Below are positions 6,438-15,616 of a DNA stretch of 64,000 nt, piece after piece. Made by a program: the position numbers and the translations under genes. Where the stretch lies: the NCBI GenBank assembly GCA_041192045.1, contig JBEENR010000007.1:17277-81276 (forward strand). Reading direction: 5' to 3'. Under the pieces are notes generated by a model. It did not search any database and was not told where the DNA came from. It saw only the letters and a list, made by a program, of their open reading frames with translations. Each line of letters opens with the position of its first letter. The first letter of the stretch is position 1. The DNA comes from Pseudomonadota bacterium (GTDB lineage Bacteria; Pseudomonadota; Gammaproteobacteria; Burkholderiales; Burkholderiaceae_C).

Positions 6438-8876
6438 ATGCATGAGGTATCTACCGTGCCCCAGGTAGGGCCACACGCCGCGGCAGCTGGTTCTGGCGCG
6501 GGCAGCGCCGTGGCTGACAGCGCGCCACCGGTGCCAGACTGGTTGGGTGAGCACCGTGGGCCGCTGACCGTGACCGACAACTTCGCGGTGCTGGACGACC
6601 CGGTGGAGCAGCGCGAATTCACCGAGTTCAGCGATACCGATGGCCAGCCCTGCGCCGAATCGGTGCTGATGGTGCAGGGCATGTACTGCGCTGCCTGTGC
6701 AGACACCGTCGAAGGGGCGTTGCAGCACCTGCCCGGCGTTGAGCGTGCCCAGGTGCACGCGGCGACCCGGCGGTTGACTTTGCGCTGGAATCCGGCCCAA
6801 ACCACACTCTCCAGCCTCGCTCAGGCGGTGGGCCAAACCGGCTACCGGTTGCTGCCCATGCAGCAGGCACTGTCCATCAGCGAGCGTCTGCGCGAAACAC
6901 GGCAGGCGCTTTGGCGCTTGTTCATTGCGGGTTTTTGCGGCATGCAGGTCATGATGTACGCATGGCCCGCGTATGTGGCAGCCCCTGGTGAGATGCCCGC
7001 CGACATTGAGCAGTTGCTGCGCTGGGCCAGCTGGGTGCTCAGCCTGCCGGTGGTGTTTTTTGCCAGTGGCCCCTTCTTCAGCAGCGCTTGGCGCGACCTC
7101 AAATGGGGGCGCGTCGGTATGGATACGCCCGTTTCGGTGGGGATTCTGGTCACGTTTCTGGTCAGTTCTGCCGCTACCTTTGACCCGACAGGCCCCTGGG
7201 GGGCGGAGGTCTGGTTCGATTCGCTGACCATGTTCGTCTTCTTTTTGTTGGGTGGGCGCTACCTGGAGTTCAAGGCCCGCGACCGCACGGCGGGCGCGCT
7301 CGATGCCCTCATGAACCGCTTGCCCGAAGTGTGCGACCGGCAGACAACGGAAGGCGTGTTCGAGTCCGTGTCGCTGCGTCGGCTGGTGGTGGGTGATGTG
7401 GTGCGGGTGCAGGCGGGGCAGGCTTTTCCGGGGGATGGCACGGTCTTGAGCGCCAGTGCCACGGTGGATGAAGCCTTGCTGACCGGCGAGTCGCGGCCCA
7501 TGACCCGAAGTCAGGGCGAGGCGGTGGTGGCCGGCAGTTTCAATTTGGCTGGCCCGGTGTTGATGCGTGTGGACAAGCTCGGGCGCGATACCCGCTTCGC
7601 CCAGATCGTCTCGTTGATGGAAAAGGCCTCCACCGAAAAGCCCCGGCTGGCCATTCTGGCGGACCGCATTGCAGCGCCGTTTCTGGTGCTGGTGCTGATG
7701 GCCGCTGCCTTGGCCGGGTGGTACTGGTGGCAGATTGACCACACCAAGGCCCTGGCGGTGGCGGTGGCGGTGCTGATCGTCACTTGTCCCTGCGCCTTGT
7801 CTTTAGCCACGCCAGCGGCCATGCTCACCTCGGCGGGTGCCTTGGCGCGGCGCGGCATTCTGGTGCGCCGTTTGCAAGCGTTTGAGTCGCTGGCCCATAT
7901 TCATGCGGTCGTTTTTGACAAAACGGGCACCCTGACCAAAGACCAGTTGGTCGTCTGCGGCTGGCGTACCCGAGGTGGCACCAACCCAGCGCAGGCCTTG
8001 CAACTCGCCAGCACGCTGGCCAGTGGCTCCCTGCATCCGGTTTCGCGGGCGGTGGTGGCTGCGGCACAAACCGCTGTTGCGTCTGACGCTGACCCCGCAC
8101 CGGCGCAAGCGGCCAGCGCTTTCACGCAGATCACCGAAGTGGCTGGGCAAGGCATGCAGGCGCTGCGTCCTGATGGCGGTTGTGTGCGTCTGGGGTCTGC
8201 CGCCTTCTGTGCAGCCCCCGTTGTGCCCGATTCGGCGCAGCAGGCCGATGCACCGCAGGTTCATCTGTCAGACGAGCACGGGTGGCTCGCCAGTTTTGAT
8301 TTGCAAGAAGGTCTGCGCGAAGACGCACAGGCTGCCGTGGCCGCTTTACGCGCAATGGGCGTGAAAACCTGGCTGCTCTCTGGCGACCGTGAAGCGGCGG
8401 CGCAGGCGGTGGGTCAGCAGGTGGGCGTTGACCATGTGATTGCTGGGGCCACGCCCGAGCAGAAATTGCAGGAAATCATCGCTTTGCAGGCACAGGGCTT
8501 GCGCGTGGCCATGGTGGGCGATGGGCTCAACGACGGCCCCGTGCTGGCCCGCGCCAACACCTCGTTTGCGCTGGGCCATGCAGCACCTTTGGCGCAGGCC
8601 CAGTCAGACTTTGTGATTCAGGGCGGGCAGGTGCTTGATGTCGTGCACACCCTGACCCAGGCCCGTGCCACCCTGCGCATCGTGCGCCAGAACTTGGTGT
8701 GGGCCGCGCTGTACAACTTGGTGTCGGTGCCGCTGGCCTTGCTGGGTTACATGCCCCCTTGGCTGGCGGGGCTGGGTATGGCGGCCAGTTCTTTTATCGT
8801 CATCGGCAACGCCTTGCGGCTGACCCGCAAGCGCATGGCATCCACAGCGGCAGAGCCTGTCGTCGTCACGGCATGA
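6438..8876 (+). CDS. ccoI: copper-translocating P1B-type ATPase of the cbb3 oxidase assembly cluster (CcoI/FixI)
   Basis: Track ORF 6408..8876. HMA motif GMYCAACADTVEGAL, CPC motif TCPCALSLATP, DKTGTLT and GDGLNDGP. The start is uncertain: ATG 6408 lies only 4 nt after the FNR box, ATG 6438 is the next option, and GTG 6453 has a GAGG SD at 6443-6446. Confidence 0.9.
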   Translation: MHEVSTVPQVGPHAAAAGSGAGSAVADSAPPVPDWLGEHRGPLTVTDNFAVLDDPVEQREFTEFSDTDGQPCAESVLMVQGMYCAACADTVEGALQHLPGVERAQVHAATRRLTLRWNPAQTTLSSLAQAVGQTGYRLLPMQQALSISERLRETRQALWRLFIAGFCGMQVMMYAWPAYVAAPGEMPADIEQLLRWASWVLSLPVVFFASGPFFSSAWRDLKWGRVGMDTPVSVGILVTFLVSSAATFDPTGPWGAEVWFDSLTMFVFFLLGGRYLEFKARDRTAGALDALMNRLPEVCDRQTTEGVFESVSLRRLVVGDVVRVQAGQAFPGDGTVLSASATVDEALLTGESRPMTRSQGEAVVAGSFNLAGPVLMRVDKLGRDTRFAQIVSLMEKASTEKPRLAILADRIAAPFLVLVLMAAALAGWYWWQIDHTKALAVAVAVLIVTCPCALSLATPAAMLTSAGALARRGILVRRLQAFESLAHIHAVVFDKTGTLTKDQLVVCGWRTRGGTNPAQALQLASTLASGSLHPVSRAVVAAAQTAVASDADPAPAQAASAFTQITEVAGQGMQALRPDGGCVRLGSAAFCAAPVVPDSAQQADAPQVHLSDEHGWLASFDLQEGLREDAQAAVAALRAMGVKTWLLSGDREAAAQAVGQQVGVDHVIAGATPEQKLQEIIALQAQGLRVAMVGDGLNDGPVLARANTSFALGHAAPLAQAQSDFVIQGGQVLDVVHTLTQARATLRIVRQNLVWAALYNLVSVPLALLGYMPPWLAGLGMAASSFIVIGNALRLTRKRMASTAAEPVVVTA

Positions 8877-8928
8877 CGCACGCAGGTCGGCACGTTCATT
8901 GTGTTTTTCAACAAACTGGTTTTTCATC

Positions 8929-9066
8929 ATGGAAATCTTGTACCTCTTGATTCCCGTCTCGCTTGTTTTGGTGTTCTTGGTCATCGGTCTCTTCTGGTGG
9001 GCGCTTCAGAAGGGTCAGTTTGACAATATCGAGCGCGAAGGGGAGCGCATTCTCCGAAGCGATTGA
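8929..9066 (+). CDS. ccoS: cbb3 oxidase maturation protein CcoS/FixS (45 aa)
   Basis: Manual translation: MEILYLLIPVSLVLVFLVIGLFWWALQKGQFDNIEREGERILRSD. One TM segment plus the GQFD motif typical of CcoS. It falls below the ORF-track size cut-off. Confidence 0.85.
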   Translation: MEILYLLIPVSLVLVFLVIGLFWWALQKGQFDNIEREGERILRSD

Positions 9067-9076
9067 CATAAGTCAA
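9063..9076. promoter_or_regulatory. FNR/FixK box TTGAC-ATAA-GTCAA upstream of ccoN
   Basis: Perfect palindrome of the TTGA-N6-TCAA type, about 60 nt upstream of the ccoN ATG. It overlaps the ccoS stop codon (9064-9066). Confidence 0.7.
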
Positions 9077-9135
9077 GGCGCAAGCCGGGGGGCTTGAGGA
9101 CACTCGCATGCAGTGACATTGAATAGGAGTCCTGT

Positions 9136-10581
9136 ATGTCCGTGATAACAAAGACCAGCCCGTCGGCGGTCTATGACGACAGCGTCGTGCGCTGGTTTGC
9201 GATCGCGTCCGTAATTTACGGGGTGGTCGGTTTTCTTGTCGGCGTGATCATTGCCGCCCAGCTGGCTTGGCCTGAGCTGAACATGGGTGTCGAATGGTTC
9301 TCGTTCGGGCGACTCAGACCGCTGCACACCAATGCGGTTATTTTTGCTTTTGGCGGCAGTGTGCTGTTTGCCACCAGCTACTACGTTGTCCAGCGGACTT
9401 GTCACACGCCCTTGTTCTCCAACAAGCTGGCTTGGTTCACCTTCATTGGGTGGAACGTGGTCATTCTCTCGGCTGTCGTCACCTTGCCCCTGGGGATCAC
9501 CAGCGGTAAGGAGTACGCCGAACTCGAATGGCCCATTGACATCCTGATTGCCGTCACCTGGGTGGCTTATGCCATCGTGTTCTTTGGCACGGTCGGCATC
9601 CGCAAGGTCAAGCACATCTATGTGGCCAACTGGTTTTTTGGCGCTTTCATCATCACGGTGGCTGTGCTGCACATTGTGAACAGTGCCGCTGTGCCGGTCA
9701 GCCTGTTCAAGTCCTATTCAGCCTACGCGGGCGTGCAGGATGCCATGGTGCAGTGGTGGTACGGCCACAACGCTGTGGGCTTCTTCCTGACCGCCGCCTT
9801 CCTGGGCATGATGTACTACTTCATCCCCAAGCAGGCTGAGCGTCCGGTGTATTCCTACCGCCTGTCCATCGTCCACTTCTGGGCGCTGATCTTCACCTAC
9901 ATGTGGGCGGGTCCTCACCACCTGCACTACACCGCACTGCCAGACTGGACGCAATCGGTGGGCATGGTGTTCTCCCTCATCCTGTTGGCTCCGAGCTGGG
10001 GCGGCATGATCAACGGCATCATGACCCTGTCGGGCGCTTGGCACAAACTGCGTGACGACCCTATCCTGCGCTTCTTGATCGTGTCGCTGTCGTTTTACGG
10101 CATGTCCACCTTCGAAGGCCCGATGATGTCCATCAAGACCGTCAACGCCTTGAGCCACTACACCGACTGGACCATCGGCCACGTTCACTCCGGCGCGCTG
10201 GGCTGGGTGGGTCTGGTGTCCATGGGTTCGCTGTACTACCTGATTCCCCGCCTGTTCGGTCAGAAGAAGATGTACTCGGTGCGCGCCATTGAGCTGCACT
10301 TCTGGGTAGCCACCATTGGTATCGTGCTCTACATCGCTGCGATGTGGATTGCCGGTGTGATGCAAGGTCTGATGTGGCGCTCGGTCAACCCCGACGGTAG
10401 CCTGACCTACACCTTCGTTGAATCGGTCAAGGCCAGCCATCCCTTCTACGTCATCCGTTTGGTCGGTGGTCTGCTCTACCTGGGCGGTATGTTGGTTATG
10501 TTGTGGAACACCATCATGACCGCCACCCAAGGCAAGGCCGTGAACGCCCCGGTCGTCGCCGTCAACCCTGCCCACGCCTGA
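9136..10581 (+). CDS. ccoN: cytochrome c oxidase cbb3-type subunit I
   Basis: 481 aa polytopic haem-copper oxidase. [17 protein letters not shown] and HHLHYT, followed by ccoO, ccoQ and ccoP. Confidence 0.95.
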   Translation: MSVITKTSPSAVYDDSVVRWFAIASVIYGVVGFLVGVIIAAQLAWPELNMGVEWFSFGRLRPLHTNAVIFAFGGSVLFATSYYVVQRTCHTPLFSNKLAWFTFIGWNVVILSAVVTLPLGITSGKEYAELEWPIDILIAVTWVAYAIVFFGTVGIRKVKHIYVANWFFGAFIITVAVLHIVNSAAVPVSLFKSYSAYAGVQDAMVQWWYGHNAVGFFLTAAFLGMMYYFIPKQAERPVYSYRLSIVHFWALIFTYMWAGPHHLHYTALPDWTQSVGMVFSLILLAPSWGGMINGIMTLSGAWHKLRDDPILRFLIVSLSFYGMSTFEGPMMSIKTVNALSHYTDWTIGHVHSGALGWVGLVSMGSLYYLIPRLFGQKKMYSVRAIELHFWVATIGIVLYIAAMWIAGVMQGLMWRSVNPDGSLTYTFVESVKASHPFYVIRLVGGLLYLGGMLVMLWNTIMTATQGKAVNAPVVAVNPAHA

Positions 10582-10594
10582 GGAGAACAACAAC

Positions 10595-11215
10595 ATGGCC
10601 AGCAATGAAAAAATCTCTGGGCACGCCCGGATTGAAACCAGCAACTTCCTGATGATCGTCCTGATCGTGATGGTCATTGCCGTCGGGGGTTTGGTGGAAA
10701 TCGTTCCGCTGTTCTTCCAGAAGTCCACCACCCAGCCGATTGAAGGGCTCAAGCCCTACACCGCGCTGCAAATCGCAGGACGTGATGTGTACGTGAAGGA
10801 AGGTTGCTACAACTGCCACTCGCAGATGGTGCGCCCCTTCCAAGCCGAAACCTTGCGTTATGGCCCCTACTCGGTGGCTGGCGAGTATGTGTATGACCAT
10901 CCGTTCCAATGGGGTTCTAAGCGCACAGGGCCTGACCTGCACCGCGTCGGTGGCCGCTACAGCGATGAATGGCATCGCATCCACCTGAACAACCCGCGTG
11001 ACTTGGTGCCTGAGTCCATCATGCCCGCCTACCCTTGGTTGAACAACAAAACGGTTGATGCCGATGGCTTGCCCAAACGCATGCAAGTGCTGCGCACCCT
11101 GGGCGCACCTTACACCGACGAGGAAATCGCTGCCTCGGTTGAAGCCGTCAAAGGCAAAACCGAAATGGAAGCCGTCATTGCCTACCTGCAAGTGCTGGGC
11201 ACTGCACGCAAATAA
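10595..11215 (+). CDS. ccoO: cytochrome c oxidase cbb3-type subunit II (monohaem)
   Basis: 206 aa with an N-terminal TM segment and the haem motif [11 protein letters not shown]. Confidence 0.95.
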   Translation: MASNEKISGHARIETSNFLMIVLIVMVIAVGGLVEIVPLFFQKSTTQPIEGLKPYTALQIAGRDVYVKEGCYNCHSQMVRPFQAETLRYGPYSVAGEYVYDHPFQWGSKRTGPDLHRVGGRYSDEWHRIHLNNPRDLVPESIMPAYPWLNNKTVDADGLPKRMQVLRTLGAPYTDEEIAASVEAVKGKTEMEAVIAYLQVLGTARK

Positions 11216-11238
11216 GCACAGCACCACAGGACTTCGGT

Positions 11239-11376
11239 ATGGACATCAACAACTTGCGCAGCATTGTCACATTGGTCAGTTTTCTGGTTTTTGTGGGCAT
11301 CGTGATCTGGGCTTGGTCCAAGTCCAATCAAGCTGACTTTGAGGAAGCTGCCCAGCTTCCCTTCAAAGACGACTGA
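11239..11376 (+). CDS. ccoQ: cbb3 oxidase subunit IV (CcoQ, 45 aa)
   Basis: Manual translation: MDINNLRSIVTLVSFLVFVGIVIWAWSKSNQADFEEAAQLPFKDD. A single TM segment positioned between ccoO and ccoP. It is below the ORF-track cut-off. Confidence 0.8.
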   Translation: MDINNLRSIVTLVSFLVFVGIVIWAWSKSNQADFEEAAQLPFKDD

Positions 11377-11412
11377 GCCTGACCTCACCGTTGCATCAAC
11401 AAGAGAAACATC

Positions 11413-12321
11413 ATGAGCGACTTTATCAACGACTTCTGGCACTACTACGTGGCCGGGCTGACACTCGTCAGCATCATCGCCTGCCTGATCCTGCTCTGGA
11501 TCAGTGGCACCACCAAGGCGGCTACCCATGCCGACAACACGACCGGTCACGTCTGGGACGGCGATCTGGCCGAGATGAACAACCCATTGCCCAAGTGGTG
11601 GGTGTATCTGTTCATCATCACCGTGGTGTTTGCGCTGATCTACGGTTCCCTGTACCCCATGTTTGGCAAGTCACAGGGTGCTCTGGGCTGGTCTTCACAC
11701 GGGCAGCACGCGGCTGAAGTTCAAAAGGCCCAGGACGCGATTGCCCCCATTTATGCCAAGTTCAACGAGATGAAGCCTGAGCAACTGGCGGGCGATGCCC
11801 AAGCCATGGCCATTGGCGAGCGTCTGTTCATGAACTACTGCGCCCAGTGCCACGGTTCAGATGCCCGTGGTGCCAAAGGTTTCCCGAACCTGACGGATGG
11901 TGACTGGTTGCACGGTGGCGACCCCGCTGCCATCAAAACCACCATTTCTCAAGGGCGTATGGGTGTCATGCCTCCTATGGCAGCTGCGGTGGGTGGCCCT
12001 GAAGAAGTGCGTAACTTGGCCAACTATGTGCTCAGCCTGTCCAACACCCCGCATGACAGTGTGCGCGCTACCCAAGGCAAAAACAGCTTTGGTGCCTGTG
12101 CAGCTTGTCACGGCATGGACGGCAAAGGCAACACCGCCATGGGTGCGCCCAACCTGACGGACGGTATCTGGCTGCACGGTTGGGGTGAAGAGGCCGTCAT
12201 CCGCGCCATCAGCAATGGCTTTACCAACCAGATGCCCAGCCAGGCTGCCTCACTCAATGAAGCACAGATTCATGTGCTCAGCGGTTACGTTTGGGGTCTG
12301 TCCAACAAACCTGCCAACTGA
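11413..12321 (+). CDS. ccoP: cytochrome c oxidase cbb3-type subunit III (dihaem)
   Basis: 302 aa with two CxxCH motifs (CAQCHG and CAACHG) after an N-terminal TM segment. Confidence 0.95.
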   Translation: MSDFINDFWHYYVAGLTLVSIIACLILLWISGTTKAATHADNTTGHVWDGDLAEMNNPLPKWWVYLFIITVVFALIYGSLYPMFGKSQGALGWSSHGQHAAEVQKAQDAIAPIYAKFNEMKPEQLAGDAQAMAIGERLFMNYCAQCHGSDARGAKGFPNLTDGDWLHGGDPAAIKTTISQGRMGVMPPMAAAVGGPEEVRNLANYVLSLSNTPHDSVRATQGKNSFGACAACHGMDGKGNTAMGAPNLTDGIWLHGWGEEAVIRAISNGFTNQMPSQAASLNEAQIHVLSGYVWGLSNKPAN

Positions 12322-12333
12322 GGCCGGTTTGAT

Positions 12334-12363
12334 GGTGGGGGTTCTTCTCTGAGAACCCCCACC
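12334..12363 (+). terminator. 12-bp GC-rich hairpin after ccoP (terminator-like, no U-tract)
   Basis: GGTGGGGGTTCT-tctctg-AGAACCCCCACC, starting 13 nt after the ccoP stop. Confidence 0.5.
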
Positions 12364-12494
12364 ACGCCAGCAGTGTGCTTGAAGCCCTGCTGGTGTTTTC
12401 AATTCAGAGACCTTGACGCAACAACTGACGCAAAAAGAATTTACGCAAAACCGTTGAAACGCTGTTTTGCGTAAATTCATTTACCGGGTTCATC

Positions 12495-13952
12495 ATGAGT
12501 GCCGAAACACCAGACCGCAAGGTCAGCCAAACCATTATTCCCATCGTTCCAGCCAAAGCGGAGGCAGCTGACGAAGAAATGGTTTCTTTGTACGCGTCTC
12601 GCCAGAAAATTTATCCCCGCTCGGTCACTGGGGTGTTCTCCAACTGGCGCTGGATCACCGTTTGGATTACCCAGATCGTGTTTTACGGCCTGCCTTGGCT
12701 GGAGTGGAATGCCCGGCAAGCTGTCTTGTTTGATCTGGAAGCGCGGCGCTTCTACATCTTCAACCTGGTGCTGTACCCGCAGGACTTCATCTACCTCACG
12801 GGTTTGCTGGTTATTTCGGCGCTGTCGCTGTTTTTGTTCACGGCCGTGGCAGGGCGGCTCTGGTGTGGCTATGCCTGTCCGCAGACGGTCTATACCGAGA
12901 TTTTTCTCTGGATCGAGAAAAAGGTTGAAGGTGACCGATCGGCCCGCATGCGCCTGGATCAGTCCGACTTCTCAGCCCAGAAATTGGGTAAGAAATGGCT
13001 CAAGCATGCGTTGTGGATTCTGTTTTCGGTGTGGACAGGTTTTACATTCGTCGGCTACTTCACCCCGATTCGTGAACTCGCCGCCCTGAGCATGGCCGTC
13101 TCGCTGGGTCCTTGGCAGACCTTCTGGGTGCTGTTTTACGGTTTTGCCACCTACGGTAACGCAGGCTTCATGCGCGAGCAGGTGTGCAAATACATGTGCC
13201 CTTATGCCCGCTTCCAGAGCGCGATGTTCGACAAGGACACCATGATCGTCACCTACGACGAGAAGCGTGGTGAGCCCCGCGGTGCGCGCTCAAAGAAGGC
13301 TGATCCCAAGGCGTTGGGTCTGGGTTCGTGTGTGGATTGCAGTCTGTGTGTTCAGGTCTGTCCAACAGGCATTGATATTCGCAAGGGTCTGCAATACGAA
13401 TGTATTGGCTGCGGGGCTTGTATTGATGTGTGCGACACCGTGATGGACAAAGTCGGTTATCCCCGAGGTTTGGTCAAATATTCGACCCAAAACGGGATTG
13501 CCCAAGGGTGGACGACCCAGCAGATGGTTCGTCGCGCTTTCCGGCCCAGGGTGCTGATCTACACCGCCATCCTCTTGGCCATCACCTTGGCGGTCATGGT
13601 CAGCCTGTACGTGCGCACGCCTTTGAAGGTTGATGTCATCCGAGATCGCGGTGCGCTGGCTCGCATGGTGGAGCAAGGACGCATTGAAAACGTTTTCCGC
13701 TTACAGATCATGAATGCGACCGAATCCACCCAGCGTTACACCTTGTCGGTTACAGGTTTGCCCAACATCATGATTGCGTCAGATACCGAAGTGGAGGTCT
13801 TGCCGACCGAGGTTCGTTCTGTGGCTGTGCGCGTGCAGGTGCCACCAGACACCGCCACCAGTGGTTCGCACGCGATTCAGTTTGACATCCAGTCTTCGGG
13901 TTCAGACCATTCCCACGTCGCCGAAAAAGCGGTATTTTTGATCCCACGTTGA
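12495..13952 (+). CDS. ccoG: cbb3 oxidase accessory 4Fe-4S membrane protein CcoG/FixG/RdxA
   Basis: 485 aa. CGYACPQ, CKYMCPYARFQ and CVDCSLCVQVCPTGIDIR ... CIGCGACIDVCD. Confidence 0.92.
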   Translation: MSAETPDRKVSQTIIPIVPAKAEAADEEMVSLYASRQKIYPRSVTGVFSNWRWITVWITQIVFYGLPWLEWNARQAVLFDLEARRFYIFNLVLYPQDFIYLTGLLVISALSLFLFTAVAGRLWCGYACPQTVYTEIFLWIEKKVEGDRSARMRLDQSDFSAQKLGKKWLKHALWILFSVWTGFTFVGYFTPIRELAALSMAVSLGPWQTFWVLFYGFATYGNAGFMREQVCKYMCPYARFQSAMFDKDTMIVTYDEKRGEPRGARSKKADPKALGLGSCVDCSLCVQVCPTGIDIRKGLQYECIGCGACIDVCDTVMDKVGYPRGLVKYSTQNGIAQGWTTQQMVRRAFRPRVLIYTAILLAITLAVMVSLYVRTPLKVDVIRDRGALARMVEQGRIENVFRLQIMNATESTQRYTLSVTGLPNIMIASDTEVEVLPTEVRSVAVRVQVPPDTATSGSHAIQFDIQSSGSDHSHVAEKAVFLIPR

Positions 13953-13971
13953 TCTGTCAGGAGAGATATTC

Positions 13972-14253
13972 ATGAGTGCCAGTCTGTCAGCCAAGTCTCA
14001 ACCGTGGTGGCGTATTCCCCATGTTGTATTGATCCCAGCTCTGCTATTGTGCGGCGTGGTGGCAACCACGACCATGGTTGTCATTTCCTCGATGGATCAA
14101 GATCCTGTGCTGGACAAGGAAGTCTATGAGCGTGAACGGCGTGCTGCGCTGGCGCTGCAAGGAGATGAAAAAACCAAGGCTTTGCTGGCGATTCAGCCGG
14201 CCAACCAAGGTAGAAACCATGCCGCCACGCCCCTGACACCGGTTGATCGCTAA
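13972..14253 (+). CDS. short FixH/CcoH-like membrane protein
   Basis: 93 aa. SQPWWRIPHVVLIPALLLCGVVATTTMVVISSMDQDPVL resembles the N-terminal anchor of FixH. It sits directly after ccoG and lacks the usual C-terminal domain. Confidence 0.55.
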   Translation: MSASLSAKSQPWWRIPHVVLIPALLLCGVVATTTMVVISSMDQDPVLDKEVYERERRAALALQGDEKTKALLAIQPANQGRNHAATPLTPVDR

Positions 14254-14361
14254 GGTTGACCATGAAGTCAGCTGCCTGCCTTCTTGGGTCTTGAAAACAT
14301 CAAACTGTCAGCCCTGTCGTTGCTTGGACGACAGGCATTACCTTCGGTATGGAGTCGCCTC

Positions 14362-14655
14362 ATGTTGATGCAGCGTTTGATGTGGATTGCATGGCCCGCC
14401 TTTTTGGTGGCTGCCGTGCTGGAGATGGTGGTGTTTGCGTTGATCGATCCCAGTGAACTGCACTGGTCGGGGCATTCGCTGGCCTTGTCTCGTGAAGCCG
14501 TTTACACCCTGTCATTCTTCCTGTTCTGGGGCGCAGCCATGGTCTCTGGTGCGCTAACCACCTTGCTGTCCCTGTCGCCGTTTGAGGTGAACCGCTGCCC
14601 GGTGCCAGTGGATGAACGCCCTGCCGACTGCGCCCGACAGGGTTCCTGCTGCTGA
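14362..14655 (+). CDS. hypothetical membrane protein with a Cys-rich C-terminal tail
   Basis: Track ORF 14284..14655 (TTG start) trimmed to ATG 14362, which has GGAG at 14351-14354. It has about three hydrophobic segments and the tail NRCPVPVDERPADCARQGSCC. Confidence 0.5.
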   Translation: MLMQRLMWIAWPAFLVAAVLEMVVFALIDPSELHWSGHSLALSREAVYTLSFFLFWGAAMVSGALTTLLSLSPFEVNRCPVPVDERPADCARQGSCC

Positions 14656-14713
14656 CACAGGCATCGTCAGACGGCGCTTAGCCGAAGACTCCCAAAGACT
14701 CTGCCGCCCAGGC

Positions 14714-15433
14714 TCAGCGGCAGACCTGCGGATTCACAATCTGCTTGAGCCCGTCGGTGTTCTTGATGTGAACGTAGCGTTGCTTCACTTCGATGATGCC
14801 GTCTTCCACAAACTTCGAGAAAGTGCGGCTGACCGTCTCCAGCTTCATGCCGAGGTAGCTGCCGATTTCTTCACGGGTCATGCGCAAAATCAGCTCAGAC
14901 TGAGAGAACCCTCTGGCGTGCAGCCGCTGAACCAAGTTCAGTAAAAACGCCGCCAGCCGTTCTTCGGCACGCATGCTGCCCAGCAGCAGCATCACCGAAT
15001 GGTCTCGCACAATTTCCCGGCTCATGATTTTGTGCACATGGTGCTGCAAGGTGGTGAACTCGCGCGAGAGTTGTTCCACCTGGTCAAAAGGCATCACGCA
15101 CACCTCGGCATCTTCCAGCGCAATGGCGTTGCAAGAGTGGTGGTCGCTGACGATGCCGTCAAGCCCAATGATCTCGCCTGTCATTTGAAAGCCCGTCACC
15201 TGATCCCGCCCATCGGCTGTGGTGATGCAAGTTTTAAAGAAACCTGAACGCACGGCATACAGCGAGCTGAACTTGTCGCCTGTGTTGAAGAGGGCAGAGC
15301 CGCGCTTGATACGTCGCCGTGTCGAGATGACCGTATCCAGTTTGTTGATCTCCTCGCTGTTGAGTCCCATCGGAAGGCACAACTCACGCAGGTTGCAACT
15401 GGAGCAGGCGACTTTGATGCTGTGATGATCCAT
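14714..15433 (-). CDS. fnr: oxygen-sensing CRP/FNR-family regulator (FNR/Anr type)
   Basis: Track ORF trimmed to ATG 15431-15433. The N-terminal Cys cluster ACSSCNLRELC plus the later HHSCNA provides the [4Fe-4S] ligands. Also a cNMP-like fold and the C-terminal HTH EIGSYLGMKLETVSRTFSKF. Confidence 0.9.
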   Translation of the reverse strand: MDHHSIKVACSSCNLRELCLPMGLNSEEINKLDTVISTRRRIKRGSALFNTGDKFSSLYAVRSGFFKTCITTADGRDQVTGFQMTGEIIGLDGIVSDHHSCNAIALEDAEVCVMPFDQVEQLSREFTTLQHHVHKIMSREIVRDHSVMLLLGSMRAEERLAAFLLNLVQRLHARGFSQSELILRMTREEIGSYLGMKLETVSRTFSKFVEDGIIEVKQRYVHIKNTDGLKQIVNPQVCR

Positions 15434-15548
15434 AAAAATTTCCAGAAATCTGCGCAAGCTTACCGCAACGCCCAAGCAATTCATTCAAAAAATGGGGTAG
15501 ATGTAGGGGTTTACACTGACTTCAGCATGACACATATTTTTGCTGGCC

Positions 15549-15562
15549 TTGATGAAGATCAA
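15549..15562. promoter_or_regulatory. perfect consensus FNR box TTGAT-GAAG-ATCAA upstream of hemN
   Basis: Exact TTGAT-N4-ATCAA. The centre is about 61 nt upstream of GTG 15617 and about 122 nt upstream of the divergent fnr start. Confidence 0.8.
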
Positions 15563-15616
15563 GGGCTTTCTCCTGGGCTTGCGGCACATTCTGTGCACAG
15601 AACTGGAGTACTGTTT

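Noticed and set aside
12401-12425. TTGAC-containing sequence upstream of ccoG as a fourth FNR box
   Set aside because: TTGACGCAACAACT has no matching inverted half-site, so it is not a TTGA-N6-TCAA palindrome. It belongs to the ACGCAA repeat cluster reported separately.
15422-15616. N-terminal extension of hemN (track start 15422)
   Set aside because: It would overlap the divergent fnr start codon, and it contains a perfect FNR box at 15549-15562. GTG 15617 with a GGAG SD gives a canonical-length HemN.
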